Positions 41,142 through 55,411 are shown, numbered from the stretch's first letter. The stretch: DNA of 64,000 nucleotides from Eledone cirrhosa (GCA_964016885.1 OZ024741.1:333808001-333872000), one strand, 5' to 3'. The notes: a model not told the origin generated them from the sequence alone. Numbers and translations are program-made.

Positions 41142-41330
41142 TTATTAGTTTCATAGATCTTGTTAACAAAGGTACACATTTTCCATTATCAGAAGTGGTA
41201 TGTACATTCCGTGATGGCTCATCACAAGTGTTGATTTATGTCCGATGATTAGCTGTCACAAACTTTCCACATACAACTTCTGATAATAGAGAATGTGTAC
41301 CTTTGTTAACAGTTTCTATGAAACTAATAC
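41142..41330. mobile_element. Diverged fold-back element with CTGATAA...GAAAC motif
   Basis: attagtttcataga..tgttaacaaaggtacacatt..ttatcagaagt / acttctgataa..aatgtgtacctttgttaaca..tctatgaaactaat. Confidence 0.75.
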
Positions 41331-42030
41331 TATGTATCACAATATATAATACATGGTCTGCATTTGATTTGCCAAATTTGGAGGGTGAGTATGGTTTGGT
41401 TTGACAGGAGTCAGGAGTACTGGTTGACATTCGGTTGAGGGTGTTTGCTGAATGTTTATGGACTGATTGGAGCAATAACGGTCTTATTTATATGAATATA
41501 TAAATTATCTCTCTGTTTACATACCGAGGGCTAATTCTTTTGTGATACAATATCACACTTAAGTAACTATATACATGTAGACATCAGAAACATGTATGTA
41601 TGTGTTTGCGTGTGTGTATGCCTTGTTGCACACATTATCAAATGAAGGAATAAATATGAACAGTATTTTTAATCTAGTTTTACTGTACTTTTAAAGAAAA
41701 GAAATAATTTGGCCCAAGTGAATAAAATCTGTAGAAAGAAGAACACAACTTAAAAATAAGTGAAAGAAGAGGAAAAAGAATGCTTCAGTTCCTGGCAAAG
41801 AAAATCAATGAGATAATCTTTGGATGTTAGCTTGTATTCCTCTTCTTCTTCTTCCTTCTCACTTTCTATATTTCTATCTTCCTCTTCTTCTATCCTACCA
41901 TTTCCTTTTTGTTGTTGTTGTTGTTTTTTTTATTTTTCACTTTTATTATTCAGAAAATTGATCTAAATTATTTTCTAAGTTAAAATTTCCTTTAATTTAT
42001 TTATTTATTTATTTATATTTATTTATTCAC

Positions 42031-42093
<63 letters not shown>

Positions 42094-42803
42094 GCGCGTG
42101 TGTGTGTGTGCGTGCGTGCATGCGTGCGTGCGTGCGTGTGTGTGTGTGTGTGTGTGATTTGTTGGTTAAAAATCTTTCAATCAAGTTTGAAAAAGGTAGT
42201 TGAAAACAGCTGCAAGGTGGAGAAAGAAATGATCTTTGACCCACATATTTAACTTATTTACTTATAACAGGTTGTGTTGGAAAACTAGGAAGTGTTTTTT
42301 GTTTTTGCTTTTTTATTTTGTACTTTAAGTTATCCATCCAATGAATATGATAACAGATTTTTTTTGGGGGAAAAGCTTATAGAATAAATAGCAGGTCAGA
42401 CACAAGTGGTGAATGGATTTTTGTTAGAAGAAACAGGATTCTCTTCCTGATTAAATATTGGATTTTTCGAGTAAATCTATACCCAAAACTATTTTTAGCA
42501 GCAACATTTTGCCTCTGCAGGGGGAAAAAAAGGAGATGGTGGTGGTTGATGAGAGAGTAGGGAGGCAGAGTCAATTTTGCTAAAGACAATGTCATTATTG
42601 AATATTTATAGAAATATCAGAGTATGTTATTGAATGTATAGATGGGTGGGATGGCTGGGTGGATGGATGGGTGGAGTGTAGTGTAAGCATAGTGTAATGT
42701 AGTATAGTGGTTGATGGTGGCAGTGGAGGCTGAGTTGTGGGGTGTGTATATATACATATGAATATTGGAGCTAGCTCACTGCAGCACAAAACAGACATGT
42801 TAT

Positions 42804-42983
42804 GAAGAAGAAGAAGAAGAAGAAGAAGAAGAAGAAGAAGAAGAAGAAGAAGAAGAAGAAGAAGAAGAAGAAAGAAAAAAGAAAAAAAAGAAAAAAAAGA
42901 AGAAAAAGGAGAAGAAGAAAAAAGAAGAAAAGGAAGAAGAAGAAGAAGAAGAAGAAGAAGAAGAAGAAGAAGAAGAAGAAGAA
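42804..42983 (+). repeat. (GAA)n polypurine tract
   Basis: About 180 nt containing only purines. Confidence 0.95.
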
Positions 42984-43313
42984 GCTGGGTGCCTAGGTAA
43001 GTGAAGCAGAGAGCTGATTGCATTCATTCTCGAAGAGAAGCTGCATTGAAGCAGTCAGTTGGTGAAGCATACATACATCAATGTAATGTATAGAGACAGA
43101 CAGAGTACCAGAGCAACAGAGCATCAGTATAGATGGCAGTGTTGGAAGAGATTTACACGTATACACACGTAGAGGTACGTACACACATGTACACACATGC
43201 TGCACACTCACCGACATAGTTCTGTTGTCGTACACACAACAAGACAGTCAGTCACGGAAGAAGAACTCTCACCAAGAGGAAAAACTATATTTTACACAGC
43301 AGCAAAAATTCCA

Positions 43314-43331
43314 ATGGATAATGTAAAGCAG
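43314..43331 (+). other. Candidate first coding micro-exon MDNVKQ with CAG|GTAGGA donor (phase 0)
   Basis: Ends a ~350-nt unique, more GC-balanced leader after the (GAA)n tract; no partner exon found. Confidence 0.3.
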
Positions 43332-43384
43332 GTAGGATATACTTTCAATAGTTTTGGGAACTAGAAGGATGTATAAACACTCAT

Positions 43385-43480
43385 ACACACACACATGTAT
43401 ATATATATGTCTATATATATACATATATATATATATACATATATATATATACATATATATACATAAATATATATATATAC

Positions 43481-43513
<33 letters not shown>

Positions 43514-43774
43514 CATACATATATATATATATATACATATATATATACATATACATATACATATACATACATATATATATACATATATATATATACATAT
43601 ATACATATATACATATATACATATATCCATATATATATACATATATACATATATATATACATATATACATATATATATATACATACATATATATATATAT
43701 ACATACATATATACATATATACATATGTATATATATATATACATATATATAGATATATATATAAATATATATAT

Positions 43775-43806
<32 letters not shown>

Positions 43807-43825
43807 CACACATATATATACACAT

Positions 43826-43884
<59 letters not shown>

Positions 43885-44087
43885 TATTTATATCTATATT
43901 CTATATAGAAATGACTTCTACAGGTCTAGAACTGTTTTCTTCATATGAAATCAGTAGGATATCACTGAATATAATAATGAGGCTTATATTCTATCTACAC
44001 ATTGAGTAACTTCTTTAACTGTGGTTAACCCCTCATCCCCTTTGAGAATCTACCTCTATATAATCTACCTATATATATATAGTACAT

Positions 44088-44168
<81 letters not shown>

Positions 44169-44265
44169 TATATACATATATATATGTATATATATATACA
44201 TATATATGTATATCATACAATGTATGTATATGTACATATATATATGTATGTACATATATATATAA

Positions 44266-44296
<31 letters not shown>

Positions 44297-44395
44297 TATA
44301 AATGTATGTACATATATATACATATACATCTATCTATATATATATGTATATATATAGTATATATATATATATGTACATATATATACATATACATC

Positions 44396-44429
<34 letters not shown>

Positions 44430-44612
44430 TACATGTACATATATATACATATACATATATCTATATATATATACACATATACATATATATATATGCATAT
44501 ATATATATATGTACATATACATATTATATGTACATATATATATATGTATGTACATACATATATGTATGTACATACATATATATATATATACATATAGTTA
44601 TATCATATAATG

Positions 44613-44644
<32 letters not shown>

Positions 44645-44930
44645 GACATATACATATTTACATGTATATATGTATGTATAGACATACATATATATATATG
44701 AATATATATATACATATACATATATGTATATCATATAATGTATGTATATGTATATCATATAATATATGTATATATGTATATTTGTACTATGTACATACAT
44801 ATATATATATGTGTGTGTGCATGTATCTATACACATATAAATACATGTATGTTTATGTCTATATGCATATATACATATATATAAATACATGTGTATATAT
44901 GTGTATAAGCATATACACATATATACACCC

Positions 44931-44972
<42 letters not shown>

Positions 44973-44992
44973 TATACATGCACATATATACT
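43385..44992. repeat. (TA)n/(TACA)n microsatellite field with a 43905-44070 insert of the 63618 family
   Basis: tagaaatgacttctacaggtctagaactgtttt at 43906 matches 63629. Confidence 0.9.
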
Positions 44993-46248
44993 AAGTGATG
45001 GTAATGATGTTTGTGAGTTTAGAGAAATTTTTACTAATCAATTTACATGACCAAACACAGAAACAACCACATACAGAGAACTCTACCAAACACATGTTGC
45101 AAAGATGTATGCATGTATGTATATGTGTGCTTAAAACCATACATAGTGGTGCATGTGTATGAATGTATACTGTGTGTATATATATATATATATATATGTA
45201 TACATATATATATATATAGTGGGGTGTGTATATATATAAAAAAAAAATATATATATATATATAGACGCCTTTATATATATATATATATATATATGTATAC
45301 ACATATACTGTTTCAATATTAGTGTATATAAAACAATCAAACATTAACTGAATGAGCAGTCAATACATGTGATCAAAGTGTTTTATTTTTTTTAATAAAA
45401 AGGTGACTTATAAGTTTATATATATCATCATCATCATCGTTTAACGTCCATCTTCCACGCTAGCATGGGTCTGGACTGGAATTGTCCCACTTGAGGCAAG
45501 ATTGGTTGTCTTGCTCAGGACTGTATACACACACATACACTCAATATCGTGTTGGATCTCCCTGAGTATTACATTACACTATTCACTTTCCTGACATTTG
45601 TACATTATTCTATGTACTATACATGCACCTTTGATGAGTTGTAGTGCACCTGAGCACTGTACACAATAATTTCATTGTGTCTGTGGAATGCTCAGCCACT
45701 TGTACGTTAATGGCTGTATCATTGTTTAACCAACTGGAACACTTGTCATTGGTGTTGAAAGAGATCCAACACAAACACATGTATATATGAACTAGTATAG
45801 TATAATATAACATCAAACAAAATAGGATTTGGTTATTTAAGTTTTAAATAATAACACTATCTTATCTTTTAGGCTTGGATCTGTGAATAGACACACAGAA
45901 ACTCTAATATCTTTGATTTTATTGATTAGAAAAAAATTAATGAGAAATTTTTAATTTGTATATGGTGTTTTGTGGGGGAAATATTCCACCCAAAATTATG
46001 AAAATTCAATTTGAATATGACAACAACAAATAATTGATTATATATCTCTGTGTGCATGTACTTATGCATATATTGATATGTATAATTATTTATATATTGG
46101 TATATGTATTTATCGACATATAGAATACAATAGAAAACAATTATAGCTTGTGAAGTTACATCCATATGTGTGTGTATTGCCTTCAAACAGCTATATAGAT
46201 ATTGACTTTCTCTACAATCCATTTATATAATTTCATATCATATATATA

Positions 46249-46280
<32 letters not shown>

Positions 46281-46483
46281 GATACAGACACTATAATAAG
46301 AAATTATGACTCCCACGAGGTTATATAAAGTGATGCTTGTTTGGAAAATTTCCTGGAAGCAGCTGCTTTAGTAAACAGGGGAGCAAGTTGACTAGACTAC
46401 ATATATTGGACATTTCAAATGTTATTGGCATTTTGGTAATTGTTTTATCTATATATACAAACATACATATACATACATACATC

Positions 46484-46529
<46 letters not shown>

Positions 46530-46537
46530 CAAACATT

Positions 46538-46628
<91 letters not shown>

Positions 46629-46913
46629 ACATATATATATATACATACACACACTCTATATATATATATATATATTTGGATATGTGTGTGTATGTGCCCA
46701 TCTCCATGCTTGCATTTGTGTCTATATCTGTGTTTATATCTTGTAACTTAACTGTTCAACAAAAGAGGGATTGAGAAAATAACTACTAGAGTCAATATGG
46801 CTGTCGAAGTCAGGACAGAGACCAGTAAATATACACATACATACTTACATACTTTACATAGTATATATGTATGTAATAAGTATGGTACCAGGAAAACAGG
46901 AATAACTAGGCAG

Positions 46914-46970
<57 letters not shown>

Positions 46971-47062
46971 TATATATATATGTTGTAGAGTGAAAATCAT
47001 TATATAATTCTGTTTAGTTTCACTGAGGCCACTGGATGATTGTAAGTCATACGCACACACAT

Positions 47063-47104
<42 letters not shown>

Positions 47105-47152
47105 TGTGTGTGTGTATATATATATAATGCATATACATTATAAGTCACGTAA

Positions 47153-47682
47153 TAGGCAGACCTAGAAAAACCTGGGACGAGCTGATAAACTCCGACATCA
47201 CACACTTACACCTCTCCAAGACAATGTCACTGGACCGAGACCTTTGGCGGTACTCAGTAACAGAGAAGACCCGCCTTACCTAAATATATAGTAAAACCTA
47301 CTCCAGCCAGTAGGCATCTCTAACAAAATACACCCCGTCCCACCCCCACCACCCCCACCCCATCCACACCACCCCGTTCTATGTAAAGTTATGTTGGTGC
47401 CGCGCCATCGAGGCCGAAACAAATGAGATCGTGTAGGTGTCATGACAAAAAAACACACAGTCCACGCTGTAATGTGGCCGTGTAGGCAACACGGTAAAAA
47501 CCTCCCAGACCCACACTGTAAATGTGGTTGGTGTTAGGAAGGGCATCCAACTGTAGAAAACCTGCCAGACAGTCCTATGCGAGCAAGACAATCACTCTTG
47601 CCTCAAGTGGGACTACCCCCGTCCAAACCCATGCAAGCGTGGAACACGGACGTTAAACGTTGATGATGATGATGATGATGAT
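47153..47682 (+). mobile_element. RTE 3' end plus RTE-tailed SINE segment
   Basis: GRPRKTWDELINSDITHLHLSKTMSLDRDLWRYSVTEKTR followed by gttaggaagggcatcc and ccgtccaaacccatgcaagcgtggaacacggacgttaaacgttgatgatg. Confidence 0.85.
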
Positions 47683-47969
47683 GTATACACATACACATAT
47701 ATATTTCTATGTGTGTATGTGAACACATTATATATGGATCTATACCATTGGTATTGTGTTAGCACTATATAGTACAACAGAGTGACTGATTGAATTAATC
47801 CCAGTATATAACTGCTATGTATTTCATAAAAAGCTAAAATCAACAGTGAATGGGGGTGATTATATAATTTAGCAACCAACATTAAATGCCTGTTGGCATG
47901 CTGGCTATTTATTCTGATGCCCAAATACTTTCCCTACGTCTTTGTTTCTCATATTCAATTTATATCTGT

Positions 47970-48172
47970 TGTAGCACGCGTGCATGGGTTGGATGGGTCC
48001 CTCTCAGGGCACCATCCCTCTACTTGTGTTCCTTTGACATTTCCTCCATGAGCTTTAGCAATCTGAAATCAGCTCTCATCCAGGTCTTCCTTGGTCTTCC
48101 TCTATGACAACTTCTTTCCACTCGAATTATTTGGCACTTCTTCATTCAGCAATCACCATCCATATGCACCAC
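47970..48172 (-). mobile_element. Decayed RTE 3' end
   Basis: Minus GRPRKTWMRADFRLLKLMEEMSKE followed by ccatccaacccatgc. Confidence 0.7.
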
Positions 48173-48585
48173 AGCAATAGTTATTTGTGGAAGCAGCATG
48201 GCAGAATGGTTAAGAAGTTAGTTATGCAATTAAAGGGTCCTTGATTCAGTCCCACTCTTTGGCATTTTGGGCCAGATTTTCCTTTACCACGGCCTCAGGT
48301 TGACCCTAGGTAGACAGAAACTGTTTTGAAGCCCATTGGATGAACTGCAACTAATTCCAAGAGCCAGGTTTGTCACATGCACTATGCCACACTGAATCTT
48401 CCTGAGAATTACTTTAAGATTGCATGTGTCTGTAGAATGTTCAGACACTTATTTACATGTTAATCTTAGGATCAGTCTGTTCTGTGGACTGAACAACAAC
48501 ATTAATCGTTGAAACAGATGAAGATCCGTTCCAGTAGTTGTTTGCTTCTAATCAACCATGATAATATACCTTGTATGTTTATGTG

Positions 48586-48618
<33 letters not shown>

Positions 48619-48621
48619 ATG

Positions 48622-48653
<32 letters not shown>

Positions 48654-48778
48654 CGTGCGCGTGCGCGCGTGTGTGTGTGTGTGTAAAGTATTTCTGTAGA
48701 AAAGGTAAAAGAAAGAAGAGTGCTCTATGTATAGTACAGAGCTATTTATTTACATAATAAACAACACACCATAATTAT

Positions 48779-48874
48779 TTCATTAGATGAAATAGTTATC
48801 TATTTCATCTAATGAACAGGCCGGACGTTTCTGTAAGGATCGTCTAGTTTCTAGAAACCTTTGGTAATGGAATA
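48779..48874 (+). ncRNA. Type I HHR-like motif with long stem II and a mutated core (CTAATGA), in a short fold-back
   Basis: Stem I tatttcat/atggaata; CTAATGA 48809; ggccggacg/cgtctagtt helix; GAAACC-ttt-GGTA; 17-bp inverted repeat at 48779-48816. Confidence 0.55.
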
Positions 48875-49481
48875 ATTATATTGTGTTGTTTATTATGTAA
48901 ATATACCAGATTATGTTTTTAATATGGCCCCAGTCAGATGGCTGGACCAGGTAAAAGAGTAATAAACAGAAACAAACATTGTGTGTGATGCTTAAATTTT
49001 CGAATTGACTAAAGTGCCAAGGAAATAAATTTATAGGAAGATGTAGGAAAATAACTGCAATTACAGTCAATTACTATAAAATAGCTTATATATGTATATA
49101 TAATCTGTCTGTAACTCAAATTTTATGCTCACAAATGTACAGTGGCCTTATCTCCATCATGTTGTTAGAATAAGTGTGCAATCACAAGATCCTGTGTTCT
49201 AACCCTATGTTTGTCCCTGTAAATCGTTATTTCTCTAAAGTTACTCATACCTTTAAACTTTATGTCATTAGTACATATATGCTGAACATTTATGCAATTA
49301 TATACAAGAAATAAATTATCAAAATATTATTTTAATTTTTAATCACTTTCACATATTGAAACACAAATTTTTGTTTATATTATTGTCTATATATTCTCCA
49401 ATCAGTGCCACTCACCCTCGGGGGCATTATTCTTTAATATATATTTTTATTTTATCATTATTTTTTAACACTAAATCACCA

Positions 49482-49587
<106 letters not shown>

Positions 49588-50325
49588 TATTTATTCTTTA
49601 CCATTAATATTAATATAAAAAATAATTTTTTACCTAATTTTTTTAGTGAAGGGTCCCAAATTTCATATAGATTAGGACCTCAGCTATTTAAAGTCCAACC
49701 CTGATTCCAATATCCTAGTATATATGGCACACCAATCCTAGACTACAAAAAATTAAACTCAAAACACTATTGTCATTATTGATGGCACTAGTCCATTAGT
49801 ATTTAGAATAATAATGGTTTACTTCTAATATTATATCATCTGTTAAAAAACTCAAAATATACTGAAGCTGATATCATAATTCCCATGGTTTCCATCATGG
49901 TGAATCTTATATCCATTTCAGTTATGTTATGTTTGTTTAAATAGAACGATATTAATAATTGTTTCTATTAAACTATAATGAACTTCTTTCTTTGACCTAA
50001 GGCCTAAAATATTATTAATAATACATATATATTTGTATATATATATATATGTATGTGTGTGTGTATATATGTATATATGTATGTGTGTGTGTGTATATGT
50101 ATGAATGTGTATATATACTCCATCCACCAGATAATTGCTTTCCAATTGAAATTCCGAATCACTTGAGTTTGCCTTCACATTCAATTTTAAAATATAAACA
50201 TATATGTGCGTGTTTATAAATGTGTGTGTATATGTGTGTATGCCAGAATATGTATATGTGTGTGGGTGTATGTCTGCATAGATATGTGTATGCCTGTATT
50301 TGTATGTGTGTGGGTGTATGTCTGT

Positions 50326-50365
<40 letters not shown>

Positions 50366-51348
50366 ATGTGTGTGTGTGTGTGTGTGTCAAAACATATATA
50401 GATATATAGGTGTGGGTGTGTATATATATGTATATACATTTGTGTGTGTGTGTGTGTAGTTGAGTGTGGGTGTGGGTTTATGCTTCTCTATATATATACA
50501 TGATTGTATCTGTATATATATATATATATAATGTGGGTAATATTAAATATTATCCAATTACAAGTAAAATAACAAGTATATTACACAGCCGAAATACATT
50601 ATAAATAAAAATCAAAGAGTGTTTAAAACATTTAATCACTCATAATCACATACAATGTCTCCCTCTCTCTCTATATATATATGTGCGTGTGTGTGTAGGT
50701 TTATGTATGTGAATGTATGTGTAGGTGTGTTTGTGTAGGTGTATGTGTGTATACTTGTATATATATGTATGTGTGTATGTTTATATGTGTGCATGTATGA
50801 GACCAGTTCAGTAAATATGAATGTTTTTGTTAAAGAGTAAAATATTTTGCAATGCAAGAGATTGTAGGAGAAAACAAGTGGGTTGACATTTAATATCTAC
50901 CCAACAGTAAAGGGATCAAGATTTATTGATTTAACACATATCTTAAGTGGATGTTGTGACATTGATGGTGTTCCAATAAGACATGGCTGTGTGGTTAGTG
51001 TGTTTACTTCACAACCCTGTAGTTCTGTGTAGCACCTTCAGTAAGTGTCTTTTACTACACTTGGGTTGCCCAATGACTTGTCAAGGGAATTTGGTAGATG
51101 GAACCTGCAGAACTGTGTGTGTATGTGTGTATATAGACATATATATATAATTATTATTATTTTGATCTTGTGCCTAAATCAGAAACCATCATCATCATTT
51201 ATCATCTGACTTCTCTGCTAACGAAGGCTAGATATATACAAAACATATATATATATACAAACATCATCATCATCGTTTAACGTCCATTTTTGAAGCTAGC
51301 ATATACATACATACATAAATACATATATATACATATACACATACATAC

Positions 51349-51379
<31 letters not shown>

Positions 51380-51579
51380 TACATGCAAACATATATATAT
51401 TACATATATATTACATACACATATATACATACATTCATACACACACTGTCACATACACCCACAGAATTCTGTCAATATAGATGTTTATAAATATGTCTCT
51501 CTAGCTATTCTAATTATCTCTACATAGTTATCATCATCTCTATGGCAATGATCTTAACCACCAACACCATCATTGTTGT

Positions 51580-52090
51580 CATTTTCCACCTGTTTTTTTC
51601 ATGTTTGCCTGGTTTTGGGGGGGGTTTCCCTGGAACAGTCTTGTCATCTCTTGTCCTTTGTCTTATCTTTTCTTAAGTTCTGTATCCCAAGATCATTATT
51701 ACCAATTCCCAGAGCTTCCTAGTTTCCCCTTCCTCCAGAGGTTCCTTCTATTCAAATCAATTAATACTTTTTTACCCGACAGTCATTCTCCGCATGTATT
51801 TCATGTCATGTCAATATCAACAGTTTCCTCTCATGCTATTTACAGCCAATTCCTCTTTCACTTAATTTTTTTCTCTCAATACATTTCTACACTTTTGTAT
51901 ATTCACACTAACCTTACATATTCAGCAGATCAGACACACCAAATTTCTTTCTAGTCTACATAACTCTCTCTCTCTCTCAATGTACAATGCTCTCATTTCA
52001 CCACCATGTAGCATTCCACACACTTCAGAAACAAATATTCTACAATCTGCCTCTCAATCAGAAAGTCAATCTGTTTATTGGCTACCTGAA
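51580..52090 (-). mobile_element. Decayed RTE LINE C-terminal region
   Basis: Frameshifted remnants of GRLY...MLHGSETW, RLERN, LREK, EGT.GRG.PRK.W on the minus strand. Confidence 0.65.
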
Positions 52091-53209
52091 TTTTTTCCTC
52101 TGCTCTCTTCTAACTATAGCTTCTATGATTACAATGTGGATGACCTCAACTAGGCAGAGGAGTTAAGAGTGAGGACATATTTAGCTGGACAGAAGAGGAT
52201 AGCATTGCTGCATACAGGTGGGAATAGGGACAACAATGTAGGTGGAATTTGCAGGTTGATGGGTCATCAGCCAGTGATGGCCATGTAAAGTATTTTGGCA
52301 TCCATTGTGAAAAGAGGATTTGAGGGCTTTGGAGTGAAAGAATAGGTTCAGAAATTTTGCTGTATGGTTGTTGGTCTTAACTTTTAATATTCTGTACCAC
52401 ATAAAAAAAAAACGTTAGCAAAGCATTATTGAAAAGTTCAAGACAACACCATGTCAGCATCACATTAAAATTCCACATTAAAATTCAATCTTTATTTTAA
52501 CACTGCACATTTTCACAATGGTATTTCCACTAGTAAAGATACTATAAATATTTAAATTAACAAAACCTATTAAATCTTTACAGGGTGTTGAGACTTAATG
52601 TGTGAGGCAGTGTCCTGGAGTGTGTGAGAGAGAAAGCTTAGGTTGAATAGGTTTTTGGTATGGTTGGAGTTCTTAATGTGTGATGCGGTGTAGATCAGTG
52701 GAGTGCTGTGATTACATTGAGGGGTGAAAGTTCAGCTCAAGTCTATATGGGATAATGTAGTGGTAGTACCTTGATAAACGCCTGTCAACTCTGATCTCTG
52801 CCTTACCATCACATGTTGAGGACAACTCTTGTAATCTAAAACTATTCAAAATATTGTCCTTTTCTCTAGACCCTAAAAGATTCTAATCCTGCATTGCTTT
52901 TCCCCTTTTAGTATGTTTCACAAGCAGATTATAGGGGCTGCTATCAGTAACAAAGTGAGCACAAATCCTGCTAACCCCACTGTAGATCCCATTGAGATAC
53001 AGGCACACTCTATAGTAGCATGGCTCCCACAATGGTGACTATATTGACATCATTCAGCACCATTGCTCTCACCTGGCAATAACTAGAGAGTTATATACCT
53101 CACACCAACTAAATTCACTCCACCCTGTCAGAATGCCACCCCTCTCTACTATATCTGATATCTCTGCCAGTTTCTTAGTTATAGCCATCATGTCTGAGAA
53201 ATAAATGTA

Positions 53210-54000
53210 GCAAATTGGTACGGTAGTTAGAACATCAAATAGATTGTTTTGCAGTATTCATTCCAACTCTCAGCTCTCTGAATTCAAATCCTGCCAAGGT
53301 CAACTTTGTCTTTCATCCTTTCGAGGTCAATAAAAGAAATACTAGGTCTAGTAAGAAGTCAATACTTCTTCATTTCTTTCTCACTTTATTACTCTCTATC
53401 CTTCTTTAGAAGAAATCTGCTGTATTTAGACCTGGAGAGATGTGCTCCGCCAGGCTTAAAATGCCCAAGAAACACTGTATGCCACTTTGGTGCCCCCTAT
53501 GACTCCATCAAGAATTATGGAACCATACCATACTGATAAATGTCCCCTTTCTTCCCCTGACCACCACAAGCTGTCTGGACTTCCTCTCATATTTTGAAGA
53601 TTTTTTGGTTGTCATCCCAGACACACCAAATCTATCTATTATCCCAGCTTCTGGGTTCCTTCAGCTTCCTGGTTAAGCAGCACCAATTTGCACTTAAACT
53701 CTAAATCTGAAAAGATGCAGCACTTTTTCTTCCATCAAATGCATCGTTAATTAGTTATAATGGACCAGTGCCATCAATAATTATTTCTATATTTGGCACA
53801 AGGCCAGTAATTTGAAGGGAAAGGGAATGTTGAATAAATCAACCCAAGTGTGTTTCTAGTGCTTTATTTTATAAATCCTGTAAAGATGAAAGGCAAAGCC
53901 AACCTCGGTAGAATTTGAATTCAGAATGTAAAGGGATCGTAACTATATATAGCAATGTATGTTAGCCAACACTCTACCAAAACTTCCAATTCATCGCCCC
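53210..54000. mobile_element. SINE family A copies (53210-53345 plus; 53785-54000 minus) with intervening repeat fragments
   Basis: tgaattcaaatcctgccaaggtcaactttgtctttcatcctttcgaggtcaataaaa and its reverse complement. Confidence 0.75.
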
Positions 54001-54002
54001 TA

Positions 54003-54325
54003 GTGTCATCAATGACAGCAACAGTATTGAATGTATTTAATTTTTGGAGTCCAGGATTGCTATGCCACATATACCAGGTTGCCCAGATATATGAACAATC
54101 ACACACTTTGGGAACCCTATAGTTTATGCTGATTACTGTCACTCAGAAATGATATTTTAATTTATTTCTAGAATGTGATTTCATAAATGTTCACTATATA
54201 TGTAGAAATCACAAATAGGATTAAATATGAGTAACTTTGGAAAAATAACAATTTACAGGGACAAATAAAGAGTTAGAAAGAATGACTTTGTGACTGGAAA
54301 GTGAACTTCTTATTGTAGCAACAGC
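54003..54325 (+). repeat. Diverged local duplication (partner 62284-63150)
   Basis: Shared tgtcatcaat..gacagcaa, atgcca.atataccagg, gggacaaat, gactttgtga..g.aaagtgaacttctt. Confidence 0.75.
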
Positions 54326-54366
54326 ACACACACATATACACACATACATACATATATATATATAAG

Positions 54367-54545
54367 TAGTTCCACAACAGTTAGTTCACCATACCGAGAA
54401 CAAATGTTTCACCTTATTCAGATCCTCAGCTAAATGAAGTTGTATGGAAAAGCTTTTCTGTGCAACTTTATTTAGACCGAGCTGAGGATCTGAATAAGGT
54501 GAAACATTTGTTCTCAGTAATGGTGAACTAACTGTTGTGGAACTA
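54367..54545. mobile_element. ~180-bp fold-back with a type I HHR
   Basis: Palindrome centred on aagctt (54450); HHR ccgag-CTGAGGA-tctgaataaggt-GAAAC-attt-GTT-ctcag at 54477-54517. Confidence 0.8.
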
Positions 54546-54797
54546 TCTCTACCAAACTCATCCCATGGACTGACTACTACGGATATAACCCACCAGTGTT
54601 CTACTACTATCTATATATATATATATATAAAGAATTAGTATATCTACCAACATATATATACAGATGTATAGCTATGCAAGTAAATATATAGGTTTTGTCT
54701 TAGTAACTTTGTGGTTCAATGCAACGGGATGCAGAACAATTATATGAAAAACGTAAAATAAGAAAATTATAGTAATTAGCTTACTTACTTAAATTTC

Positions 54798-54880
54798 GCT
54801 CCAACTAATTAGTTTCTGAAAGGGAATATACATAGTCTCCAAATTGAGATTATGGAGAAACCTTTTCGTCATCAGGGAGT
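54798..54880 (-). ncRNA. Type I hammerhead ribozyme, copy 1
   Basis: actcc-CTGATGA-long stem II (gaaaagg/cctttc; cataatctc/gagactatg)-GAAAC-taatta-GTT-ggagc. Confidence 0.7.
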
Positions 54881-55325
54881 CATTCTCAGCTAAGATACCT
54901 GGCGATGCGCGGACACAGGGAACTTATACAAAAATATTCAGTGGATGGAAAAGAGCAAGCGTGGACTAAATTCCAAGACACTGAAAAAATCACTGCCTTC
55001 TTGTTCGGTGGCAAATTCAAAAGAATCAATCTCGTGACATCGAGGTTAATCAGTGAGGAGTGGGGTGTTAAAAAGACAGTAGCCAAGCTGTTACTATGAA
55101 CTATAGTAGTAATTTTGGCAAATTTTTGCTCAACAAAATAATTTGGAGATAATTATAAAGAATTAGTATATCTACCAACATATATATACAGATGTATACC
55201 TAGGCAAGTAAATATATAGGTTTTGTCTTAGTAACTTTGTGGTTCAATGCAAGGAGATGCAGAACAATTAGATGAAAAACTTAAAATAAGAAAATTATAG
55301 TAATTAGCTTACTTACTTAAATTTC

Positions 55326-55411
55326 ACTCCAACTAATTAGTTTCTGAAAGGGAATATACATAGTCTCCAAATGGAGATTATGGAGAAACCTTTTCATCGT
55401 CATCAGGGAGT
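55326..55411 (-). ncRNA. Type I hammerhead ribozyme, copy 2
   Basis: Stem I actcc/ggagt; CTGATGA plus a 3-nt insertion; GAAAC-taatta-GTT. Confidence 0.65.

Noticed and set aside
42765-43027. Poly-E/K/S ORFs; also the poly-M ORF at 56225-56740
   Set aside because: Translations of (GAA)n and (ATC)n repeats.
52540-52830. Possible CR1/L2 3' remnant on the minus strand
   Set aside because: Similarity too faint to support by eye.
54886-55099. ORFs in the spacer of the HHR direct repeat
   Set aside because: Short (64-66 aa) with no recognisable RT or GIY-YIG motif.
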